From assembly GCA_051362555.1 (NCBI GenBank), contig CM120643.1:14854644-14918643 (forward strand): a DNA stretch of 64,000 nt. The letters run 5' to 3'. This DNA comes from Lingula anatina. Taxonomy: Eukaryota > Animalia > Brachiopoda. Position 1 is the stretch's first letter. Every line of letters begins with the position of its first letter. Positions 1 through 11,001 of this stretch are shown here, in pieces. Under the pieces are notes generated by a model that was not told the origin of the DNA, ran no database searches, and saw only the letters and a program-made list of their open reading frames with translations. The position numbers and the translations under genes are program-made.

Positions 1-710
1 AGAGGCCGAGAGTAACTTCCAGACTAGTCAGTAGTTTTCAATATGCTCCAAATGTACACCCCGAGTAACCAAGATTACTAGAAATGAAAATCTAACTCTG
101 CCAATAAAAGAAGGACCGCATAAGGCGTGTAGACAATAGCGTTTATGTTCCAGTAACCTCTGAAACGCAGGTTGTAAGTGCCAGATTCGCACCCAGATAA
201 AAGCATCATAAATCACCTAATGTCTAGGGGTGCCTAACCGCTTGAAAAAACATAACATTGATTTAATTCATCGTTAATTCCTCGTGGATGGCTATTTTGG
301 TATCTCATCTCGCCATGTAAACATAAGGGCAATGTTATTTCTGAACTGGAAAGAAGAACCTCGTCAAAATATTCGGTGGTTTGGCAATTCATTTTAAGTT
401 TTGCTAAAGACGATGCAAAAACAACTTGTGATTGCCCAGGGCAAAACAATGGCAAATCCCAAGACGCAGTTGAAATTAATTTGACCCTTGCAGTAGTTTT
501 TAGTAAACCCATCACTCATTTATAGACTGGTTGCGATTGCTAATATTATTTTTTTTATTCTTTTTATTTTTAATAGCATCACTGAAACATTGCCATCGCA
601 ATTTGTAACTAATTCAGCGTCTCAGAATTTTGGTTGCTGCACTCTCGAGCACCCAGGGTATAAGAGATTACTGGAAACTTTTCAAGTCCGGTAACACGCA
701 GAGGTGCGTT

Positions 711-899
711 TATGAACGCATTCATAACAGCGGACTAACAGATCTGCGGATCAAATATGGCCACCTATTAAAAACTTTGCCTCCTAATTCCCGATTAGAC
801 ACTGAATAGATTCCCCGCGGGGATTACGTGACAATCATTCAAGTGAGTTGCCATATTTCATCCGCGGATTTGTAAGTCCGCTGTTCTGAATGCGATTTA
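711..899. mobile_element. MITE family B (Harbinger-like termini)
   Basis: Imperfect TIRs cgcattcataacagcggactaac / gtaagtccgctgttctgaatgcg. Related copies at 30388-30618 and a fragment at 23861-23906. Confidence 0.7.
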
Positions 900-1172
900 T
901 ATTCATGGTGAGTTTCCGGTGACAAGTGAAACTCAGGGTTCACGGTAGACGAAAATAAATTAATGTTAAATGACAGCGCCCTGCTTTGTCGGCAAATTAG
1001 AAAGTTTGTGTACGTAAATATATAAATATTCATCCATAGCAACGAACTGCAGGACTGTGAACCTCCATATTGCAATATACTTAACTTTTTCTAAAGATGA
1101 TATTATAGTTGTCCGTTTTAACGTTTAAGCTCATGCTTACATGTACTTGATAAGAACTACACATACCAAGAC

Positions 1173-1375
1173 TATGGGCGCATTCCCATAGATTTTAGAT
1201 CGATCTATCCCCGCGGGGAGTCTCACTAGATTACTTTCAGATAATCCGACTTAAATGTCCGTCCCGCCTACTACAAGCTGTAAGGGTGTAATTAACTTTC
1301 GTGTCCGCCCGGCTGACAGCTATTTAGCGTGAACCCCCAGGGAGTTAGGTCGATCTAATGTATGGAAATGGGGTG
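1173..1375. mobile_element. MITE family A (~200 bp), copy 1
   Basis: TIRs attcccatagattttagatcga / tcgatctaatgtatggaaat. Near-identical reverse-complement copy at 34915-35127 and a diverged copy at 36229-36460. Confidence 0.85.
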
Positions 1376-3668
1376 TTTTACATCACTACAGGTAAATTAC
1401 AGCAATTCTCTTTGTTTGTTAAACTACGTGTATAAATACTTGAAAACATATCACGATTAACAGTACAGATGAAACATTTGATGTTGAAAAATACAAAACT
1501 ATGGGAAACATCTGGTCATTCCCCAATTATTGAGAAGCCTGGATAAACAATAATTGAGCAGAAAGATTTTACATTTACACCTCGTACAGAACTGCTCTTC
1601 ACCCGGCTTGAACCACGGGTCATTGCTCTTCTTCTGTGTTAATGAAGTTTTCTTAAACGACAAACGAATTCCTTCTCTCGAGAGTCCTGCATGGAAATTC
1701 ATTATTACCAGACACTCCGTGTTGAGTCATACATATTTTAGGCACGCAGTAGTGTTCGGTCGTGATACATTTGACGTAACGAAGAGCTATGAGTCATAAT
1801 ACCGTATGTTAAAACAGCCGATGATTTTCAAATAAAAAATACATGTATTTCCCATTTGTATATTAGAAACGGGAAAACCGATGTATTTCTGTAATCTACA
1901 ATTCATACAGCGTATATAATAAAGGGATAATGCCCTCTCGACTCTCTCTGATACAGACAGAACGTACCAAACGGGAAGGCGAGCGTGTGTACGATTCGTG
2001 ATTGCAAGGATTTTTTTCCTTCGTTTCATAAAATCGTGGTTTGGCCCGTTTATTCGGTGCTTGCAATAAGCAAGCCTGTGTTTGACGAATTTGATTCTTT
2101 CTTGCTTTTTACTGGACTTATCCACATATTGTTATGCAAATTCTTCATATATATTTATTGACTGGTTTAAAATTTTAGAAAATATTCATATCTCAATGTT
2201 TAAAGTCATTGAAATAATTGAATAAGTGCTATGGGTGAGACGAATACCAGGATTTTATTGATTGTAGTGCTTTATTTATTTTAATAGAATAACTTTAAGC
2301 TTGGGTAATCTAATATTAAACCAAGCTTGGCGACATCATGTTAAGATGGCTGCGAGGTACCAGAAACAAGAGGTCCAGTCTCGTTTCTCGTTTGAGAATC
2401 ATGCTCATTAAATCCCACATTAACGTCCGGCAACCCCACAGGTCAAATATAAACTGAATATTTTAGATATGACAAAAGTGGGGCAATTTAGAATTTTTAC
2501 TTTGTTGCATCATACAGAATCGGACATTTGGCCACACATTTATGTAATGTGACGAACAGTGGATACTGAACTAGGATTTCCCAATGCCATTCCCAGACGA
2601 CCACTAGATTCCTTAACACGCCACAAGTCTCAGGTTACAGACGCCCTCGGTAATATAATACAATAAAGCAAATTAATAATGGATTCCCTATAAACGCGGT
2701 GTATTAATTGTATATGTCACAGATCCTGCCTTCTGGTTGACATTAAAGACGACACCAATTTTCCCAACTTAGACATGTCAAGACCATGAGGTTAAGAAAA
2801 GTTCAGTGATATCAATATCAACTATTATTCATGAAATTTGCTTCCAGGAAAGTAACAAGATCTTTAATGCGAAGAACACCGATACAGGGTATGTATTCAT
2901 GTTTTACAAAAACTCAGTGTATTTTCTATATATTCTTACATTACCTTTGTCTGTTGTCCGTATTGTGTTTTTCTGCTCATTTGATCGCTGCAGAGGTTCA
3001 GGATAAACGGTCGGAGCCTGGAAAGATCATTACAATGTGAATTTCATTTGTATTACTACACAAAATCCAATGAAGTGGTTGGTTTTTATTATTAATCTTT
3101 GATTTTATGAACCTTTATTGGTAAAAAAAGTTTTTCCATGTCTTTTATACCTTTGTACGTCTACAGATGGGAGTTCTTTGCCTGTGGAGGACTCAATATC
3201 CAAGTAATAAAACAATTTTATGACGCAGTTTGCTTGATTCTCTAACGCAATTTGCCTCGGCTATCTGTTCCTTTTCCCACATTCTTTCCTTCAATCATTT
3301 ACGAAGTAACTTAAATTAGAGATACCATCGCCCCAAATCACGAGAATTATATTCCTAATAAACCCCGATTGCCCTGAGCTTACTGGAACAGATTGGTATT
3401 GGCTTACGTAGACGAGGCAGGACGCTTAAACAACATTTAATTGAAAAAATTATGTAGTATCGATTGACATATATCTACGTCACTATCTATCTGCGAAAGG
3501 TCATGGTTAAGCTACCCGCAGCATTAAGTACTCAATGTTCGCCGTGTAACGGTAGATCGAGCTCTGGCAGCGCAGCGAGAACAGATCGCTTCCTAAGAGT
3601 AGTAAAACACTGAATACTGGTTGTGCACGAGGAAGCTGACAGCCGTTGTGGACATTTTTTTTCCTGTC

Positions 3669-4386
3669 ATGTCTCGCCCGGTCTCACGCTCCGGCAGTGA
3701 TCGCTCTCGGAAACGTTCACCACGACCAAGCGTCGACGAGGGGGTGGTTGTCGAACACAGTCCCAATTCCAGTCGCGGATCGTCCTCCAGCGCCGACAGC
3801 CTGGCACCGCCGCAGTACTCAGCGCGGGAGAGACTCGGCTTGTCGCCGGGTATAAGGCGGGCGCATCACGGGAGTGTTGGCGGCTCTGGAAGTCGCAGCC
3901 CCCTGCTACCTGCGACCCGTCTGCAAAGAAAGCAGCCGACGTGGCGGTCGCAGTCCTGCAGAAAACCCAGCAGACGACACCTTGAAGTGCCCCGTGAAAC
4001 GTGCCAGAAAAGGCGCAACAGTCTGCCGGACGCATACGACATAGACGACGAAGGGCACATCTCGGATGATGCAGGAGGGGAGTTTTACCGAGTCAGAAAT
4101 TTCACAGTTTCGCGCAAGGGTTTATTCAACAGGGGGGACTCCTACAAACGTAGGGTGCTTCTGCCTCAGCCGACGCTGGGAACCGGTGAAAGCAGTGACA
4201 GTGTTTTCGCAGACGACGAACCGCCGGTTTCGCCACGTGCATCGCCACGCGACAGTCGAACGTCAAGCACGGCGGCAGACCGTGTCTTCAGGGTGGCGGT
4301 CCTGGGGACCCCTGGAGTAGGAAGAATGTCCCTGGTGCGACAGTTTACGACTTCCGAAGACGTGGCTGCAAGGGGAACGCATTCGG
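3669..4386 (+). CDS. RGK-family (Rad/Gem/Rem-like) small GTP-binding protein, coding exon 1 of 4 (gene span 3669-24441, 432 aa)
   Basis: ATG at 3669 in a GC/CpG-rich ORF. Ser/Arg-rich N-terminal extension, RVRNFTVSRKGLFNRGDSY motif typical of invertebrate RGK-like proteins, beta1-G1 'FRVAVLGTPGVGRMSLVRQF'. GTAAGT donor at 4387 (phase 1). Confidence 0.88.
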
Positions 4387-5417
4387 GTAAGTTAATTGAC
4401 TTTGTGCTCTAGGCTGACGAAGTTATACTTAAAATCGGTCAAGCATTGGACACTTTTATCCAAAAGGCATCGGTGAAATAAATTCATTTGTCGTTATGCA
4501 GTTGTACTCCTTTTGGAGTATGATTAAAAGAGAACAAAAGAAAGTGCGAAAACACAGACACATTTTAGCGGTTCCTTTTTTGAGATTCATTATTTCTTTA
4601 ATTAATTCATTTTTACACCGTGTCCATATTAGTGGGTCTTCTTGGGGCGGTGCATTATTCATAGTCCTTAATTTTATATATAATATTATCTATATCACCA
4701 TTAAGTAATTTCAAGTTATCATTAAGGTTTTTGCAAATAGGACATCGCGATATATATAGGCTGTTTACATTAATTGGATTTTCACAAGAAAGGAGAGCAC
4801 CTGTAAAATGCTTTCTTTGCCTAGGTCAATTGTACCCAATCTGATACTTTCATCTTCCAACACAGCAGTATATTTTGATCTATTTGTCAAAAGATTATGC
4901 TCATCCGTGCACAAAAGACACTTTTGCCGCAAGGAAATGGTTGATAAATGTATGTCATACGCATGAGTTCAATAGGAAATGTGCGTTAGAAAACACATTT
5001 GTTGCCCATCGATAATTCTGTACTGAAAAAAAAATGCAGCAGCAACAAGTGTACGAAGCTCGCGGGTGCAAATGCCCTAGCAAAAGATTTTTCAAACACT
5101 GCCCGAAAGGATCTGATCAGAAAGTAGGTACATTTTTGTTTCCAGAGGGCAAAATATCGATGAGGAGTTTGACCCTTCCGATTAGCATGTGTCTAAGTAA
5201 AAAACACGTGAAAATGCTAAAAGAGTGAAGTGTATGCATTATTGATAAGCTGTGTATTGAGTTCTTTACCGTTGTCTGTCTACGGGGTATCGCAATATTT
5301 TTCCGATTAAAGTTTGTCGCAATGTGTTTTTTTTTAATGGTAACGGCATACTTAAAATGATGTGGGTTCCGCGTGAAACATTCATCAAGCGTCTGCATGG
5401 ATATTATGATGTTTATA

Positions 5418-5470
5418 GAATAACGTGAAATACGTAAGAACAGCTCTAAAACAGAAGCCATAAAACACAT
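5418..5470. repeat. Short dispersed repeat, inverted copy at 8101-8152
   Basis: atgtgttttatggcttctgttttagagctgttctt.cgt.tttcacgttatt is present in opposite orientations. Confidence 0.75.
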
Positions 5471-7509
5471 AAATTTTTCATTTATAGTCCTCGGAGTGCA
5501 TCTGAATTCCCCTTTCGAAAGGATAGCTATCACAGCTAAGATAAGACATGGCGAAATCGAGAGAAACCAGACAGACACATAATCAGGGGGGAAATTCGTG
5601 ATCTGTTAACTAAAATAAACAAAACATTTCCCTATTTTCAAGTATACACTATCTTGTATAGGTATCGCTGCTGTAGGCAAAGCTGGGAAAGGATTTAAAC
5701 GCAGTCAAAGCGGATTTACCATGAGACGCGATGCGGTACAGATTAGTTAGATGCCCAGGCAGATCGCTGTCCCGGAGATTACACTATGTATAAACGATAC
5801 CGCATTTCCTAGCAATATATTTTTGTCGAGTGTTCGATAATAGCTTTTATCTGTTGGTAAAACGTGTAATTTAGCGGAAAGGGCGTTTTTGCATCAGTGC
5901 TTTTTTATCAACAAAGGAATTTAATAATCACCCAAAATGACTCAGATCATACTAAACAGGGCATAAAATTCATCTTCAGAGGAAGGGTATTTTTAACAGT
6001 CAAAATACTGTACAATATTTGGGGTAATACTGGACAAGAACATCACCGTCTAACTAAATCCTGTTGCAGGTGAATCAAAAGGCAAAGCAGTCGGGGAGTG
6101 GGGGGGGGGGGGGAGGGACTGATGGGGCACCCCAAGTGCTCCTCTGTCTTGTTTTCTCTGAATCTGCGAGTGAAAAAACACCACTTTAAACACCTGTTCG
6201 CAATTAGGTTCACTTACCACCCCCGCTCTTGTTAGTCACATCGAATCTTGTTTATTACAAAACTAACCAACTCTTATTACACACATCGATACCAAAATAG
6301 CAGCAAAGTATCAGATAAAATAGCTGAATTAGAAATTGACCTTTTAAAAGTGTTCCACTTCGCTTCAGTGGATAAGTCTAAGTTCGCAATAAAGTCTCAC
6401 TGTTTATTTTACCCTCATGGGAAAGCAATTTATACATGGCATATTATCATACAGTCTCACATCTGCGAATGCGAATGTATAGCGCAAATAGATAAATAAT
6501 TAGTAAAAAAAATAGCTAACTAGAAACGTTGCACCATGGTATGTAATAGACGGTTTTGCAGGCCTACATTTTTCGGCGCTCTGAATAATGGGAATATAAT
6601 CTGTTTTTTAATTATTTTATTTATTTATTTATTTATTTATTTATTTTTGTCGATAAATTCCCGTTTATACATGTATGCACAGATAGCGAATACAAGCTTC
6701 AAATTGGCATTCTAATCAGTAGCCTATAGCATTTTTTAATTACACTGATCTGGCTTGAACATGTATTTCAAGATTAAATCGTATATCCACTTTTCAGAAG
6801 TCCCGTAGCGTCTTAGTTCTAATTCGTTTTTGTTCAGAAAATAGAATGCTATTTTTTCATAACTTCGGTCAATTAGGAACATTGGTAGATAGATGTAACT
6901 CGAGTTCAGACGAGGTGCACCCTTAAGAAGTTATATAAATTCTTAGAAACCTCAAGTCGCACCCAATAGGAAGCGAGATTATTAACGCCAGTCTGTCTGA
7001 AAGTTGTTTAAATCTGATATATGACAACCTCATCGCACCTTCCATCCAACCTTCTTTCCAGGAAATTACTCTTTCTGCATCTTAGATTTAGGAAAATGCG
7101 CTTACTTCAACGTAACATAAGGAGATTAGCGATTCGATATCATTTTTGTCTAATTGAAGGGTTGCTACAGCGAAGTCAGTAAAGTAGCACATTTGTATAA
7201 CAGCAGACAAAAATAACATAGTTGTATCAGAATTACGGTCTTTTTTTCAATCGAAAGCAACAGCGAGTGCAGATAGTAGTAATTGCTTGAAACCTCGGTG
7301 CATTTTCTTAAGACTGTTACCTCAAAAGTCTGACGCAAGGTATTATTTTTAGTAACGCCAATGCTGTGAAATGTCTAAAGTGATGATAAAGAATAGTGCG
7401 TTTTCTTACTGCCGCCATTTTTAATTTTTGAGCATCATGCATGGTACACTTATTTTGAAACAGGGAAACAAAGTTGTCCTGTAAAATGTAAACATTCCTT
7501 TTTCAATTA

Positions 7510-8065
7510 AGTGCTTTCGAGAGAAAAGGGTCATTTTTATCCTTTAGCAAAGTGTCACATATTCAACAAAACAACATTGTTAAGGAACCCACTGCAATTC
7601 CTCGGATTTTGACGTTCGCCAGACAGCCTTGTGTCTTTCAGAGAAATGTCCTTTTTGCTTGGGGTGTTTAGCAAAGTGTTACGTTTACAGCAAAACAACA
7701 ATGTGAAAGAATCCATAAAAGGACAATCCCTTGGATCTCAACAATCGCCAGACAACCCTGTGTCTTTTTGAGAAAGGTACTGTTTTGTTTAGCAAATTGT
7801 TTCGTGGACAAGAACCCATTGAAGAGCAATTCCTTGAATTTCAACGATCGCCAGACAGCATTAGGTGTTTTTAAAATTGGGTCATTCGTACAGGCTATTT
7901 GGGTTATTTTGCAAAGTTATGTTAACAACAAAACAAAATAATGAAAGAATCATTGGAAGTGCAATTCCTTGAATTTCAGCATCGCCAGACAGCACTAAAG
8001 TGTTACGTTTACAACAAAAGATAACTTCAAAGAGACGCGTGGACGCGCAATTTCTTGATTCTCAA
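7510..8065. repeat. Degenerate tandem repeat, ~120-bp unit, ~4.5 copies
   Basis: Recurrent ttagcaaagtgttacg...caaaacaa...gcaattccttgaattt...tcgccagacagc blocks at roughly 7544, 7668, 7789, 7909 and 7997. Confidence 0.8.
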
Positions 8066-8387
8066 AAAAAGCCAAGAAGCGCTCAGTTAGTTTTTGGTAA
8101 ATGTGTTTTATGGCTTCTGTTTTAGAGCTGTTCTTGCGTCTTTCACGTTATTATAAATGCTGGTTACTCAATATCACTGACAACGTTATCAAGTTGAAAA
8201 GTCGACAGAAACTCTCGGTTTTCGACAAAAAATACTTCCGTAAACAAATATCATTTAGTGACAAGAACTTAAAATTGAGATCGGTTTCGTAAAAAAAACA
8301 TATTCTCTGTATTTGAAGTTTTGTCCAGGATCCGGTAGTGTTGTTTGTGGAGGATCGATGCTTCTTGTTTATCACCCCGATTTTCAG

Positions 8388-8497
8388 CCATCACTAGAAA
8401 ACTCACGTTAAATATCGACAGCCCCATGCCGTTAACAGTGATCTTTGAAACTCCGGGTGCCACCATTTCCGCCGTGCGGAACAAGAAAACGAGCATG
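8388..8497 (+). CDS. RGK-like GTPase coding exon 2 (beta2-beta3/G3 region)
   Basis: ttttcag acceptor and GTGAGT donor. 110 nt, phase 1 to phase 0, exactly bridging exon 1 and exon 3. Peptide AITRKLTLNIDSPMPLTVIFETPG aligns with the RGK 'ERTLxVDGExxxLxxxDxWE' segment. Confidence 0.75.
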
Positions 8498-9148
8498 GTG
8501 AGTGATAACACTGAGATTTATGGGCGTGCTCTAAATCAGGTTCGACATCCACTTTAACAGGTGTGAGGGCTACTACGCTTGGCTATGCGTTAAGAACCCA
8601 AATACCAAGCTTGTCTATCTGACTATGAAGACGTACAAGACTGACCGCTACATGGATTCTTTAAAGGTTTGACCGACATGTGATGACGTCTGGCCTTATT
8701 ATATGTGGCATGAGTGACCGCAAAGATGTTTTCAGCCTATAACTCTCAGAAATAAATGAGCTGAGTTACGGATATAAAAAAACTATAACCACTAAAGAAA
8801 ACTACTAAAACGCCAACACATAATTTTATGGGCTTCAAATGCATATTCTGTAATCTTTGGAGTTCGCAGAGAGTGCCATTAAATATAACCAACATGTACG
8901 TTGCATAAAACACATCTATGCTCAAGGTATGAGCGAAAAAAACCAATAGCATGAAATTAATAGGAATAAGGCCACAAGAGGATCTGTCTTTTCATTTCAA
9001 ATCAGCCAATTAGAGCCAATCCAGAACCTGTTCATCCCTATTGATGTCAACCTTCATACGGAAGGTAAGGCAAGCAAAGTAACGAGTATAAGTATGAAAC
9101 TTGCATCTGTAGTTCCATGACAGTCATCTTGGTTCCGGATCGTCTTGG

Positions 9149-9310
9149 CGGGGGCATCCTTATATTTCGGGGGTTTATTGTTCCGAGGGTCCAATATTCC
9201 GAAGATTGTAGGAGCCTAGTTAAAAAAAATAGGTCGCTGTGCCGGGCTCCGATATTCCGAAGGGTAGTGGGTCCGATATTCCAAATGCCTCTTAGTCCGA
9301 GGGTCCGAAA
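9149..9310. mobile_element. Partial non-autonomous element with reiterated ttccgagggtccgatattccga motif
   Basis: GC-richer island with repeated gtccga/ttccga subunits. Only one end is recognisable. Confidence 0.45.
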
Positions 9311-10954
9311 GATGTTATTTAGTACCATGATATTGTTGTTGAAATTAAAGGAGGGCGCACGAGGTCTCAAACTGAAGCAGATTTCATTGCTTGCGATGTC
9401 AAATCCTTTTTTCACCTGCAAGGTCAAATGATGAAACATTTCTCTCTCTTCTATTCTGTACGAAAGACGTTTGAAGCGTCTGTATATTGTTTAAGACAAG
9501 CTGGCTAAATTTAGGTACCATGACAAAGGCCACTAAGAAATACATTTTGTCGTGATAGGTGACTCAATTATGGGTTGAGTGTTATTTCATACGACATTCA
9601 TGGCCGTGGAAAAACTTATTGCAGCTATCATATATTAAACTACATTTGTCACGAACGCCTCTGTATATGTAGATCAAGTGTGTTTCTCTTGTACAGCATC
9701 AACATGGCTTAAGCGTGAACATTATTTCTTGGCCGTGAACGTTTTTGTTGAGATTGGAACAGTATTCCAGACACAGCGTGCAAATGATTGCACGAGATAC
9801 ATGTAAACTGGCAAAACGTCAGTATTTGATTCGCGAAATGAGGGGGTTTCACTTTCATTACTTAACAGGCCGTATGATACCTTTGGGTATCAGTAAAGGA
9901 TATGAGCATTTTAAACAATGGAAATGTTGTACGTCGCCTCCTTAAATTGTTGATTGCAATGCATTCCATCGTCACACTCGCGCCATTAGTAGATTGCCTA
10001 CATGTAAAAGACGTTCATTTTAACCAAATGCGCGTAATTGTAATTGGCATACCCAATAAAATCAATACCCTCTGGAACTAATGGTTACACTGTATGGCAA
10101 AAAGGTCTTTGGAAATCGCATTTACAGGGCTTCAAAACGAGATGTCTCTTCTACGACATGTTTCGTAATGAAACATGAAGCAATTATTGAAGAAGAAACG
10201 TGTCTAAAAAGAAAGAACCTATCAAGCGATTCAGTAAAATTAACGCCATAAAGCTCCGTGCAGATGAATCATTGCCAATTGCCTCGATTGCCAGTTTGAT
10301 TGCACCAATTAAAGAACACGAGTTGCAACGCGTGACATAAAAAGTGATCAGTTGTCAACAGACGGGTTTTCGTATATAATTTTGCATGGCGTATTGTTGC
10401 AAACCGCGAATAATGGCGTGGATCGGTGAATATCAGCAATTCAACGATAGCCAACTACAGAAATGCTCAAACTCGTACAATTCATTGAACAAAAGTATTG
10501 GTTCCCAGGGTCTGTCTCGGGCCTCAATTTAACGGTTGATCCGGTGGAGCGGGCGCAATGGGGCACAAGGCTATTCTTTAGCTTCTATGGCACCCTGTTC
10601 TCTCTCACACACACCCCAATCCCATCTCCCTTGTCCTACCCTCCACGCCAAAAATCCTAGATCTGCCAGTGTTTTTGAAACTCAAAGTACACGAAATACA
10701 CGTCGACGTCACTTAATAGTGAAAAGGGTTGTTATGCGGTTCTGCAAATGTTACTACAGGTACATAAAATTGATGCTGCAAGCGGTCTAGTCTAGTCATA
10801 TGCTTTCGTTTTTGATTTCATTATTGCCCTACGACAACCTCAGTCTATTATCAGATACAGGAAATCCGTTAGGAAACCCCAGCTAGAAATATGCATCTTA
10901 GATCTTCTACTGATGCTACGCAACACATCTTGGCATCCGCCAATAAATCATATC

Positions 10955-10993
<39 letters not shown>

Positions 10994-11001
10994 TGTGTGT
11001 G
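10955..11001. repeat. Compound microsatellite (CT)n(GT)n
   Basis: Direct reading. Confidence 0.95.

Noticed and set aside
3474-3484. CRE-like tacgtca upstream of the RGK start
   Set aside because: A short motif that is frequent by chance, and the transcription start is unknown.
3621-3668. Upstream TTG start given by the ORF track
   Set aside because: The gene is eukaryotic; the first in-frame ATG is at 3669.
3646-4320. Overlapping alternative-frame and antisense ORFs (3646-3855, 3667-4035, 3866-4060, 4066-4320)
   Set aside because: Shadow ORFs of the GC-rich RGK exon 1.
5117-5578. 153-aa minus-strand ORF sharing a peptide with ORF 8101-8292
   Set aside because: The shared peptide comes from a short dispersed repeat. 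The composition is that of non-coding AT-rich intron.
7510-8065. CRISPR-like repeat/spacer appearance
   Set aside because: The intervening parts are homologous to each other, the repeats are degenerate, there are no cas genes, and the context is a eukaryotic intron.
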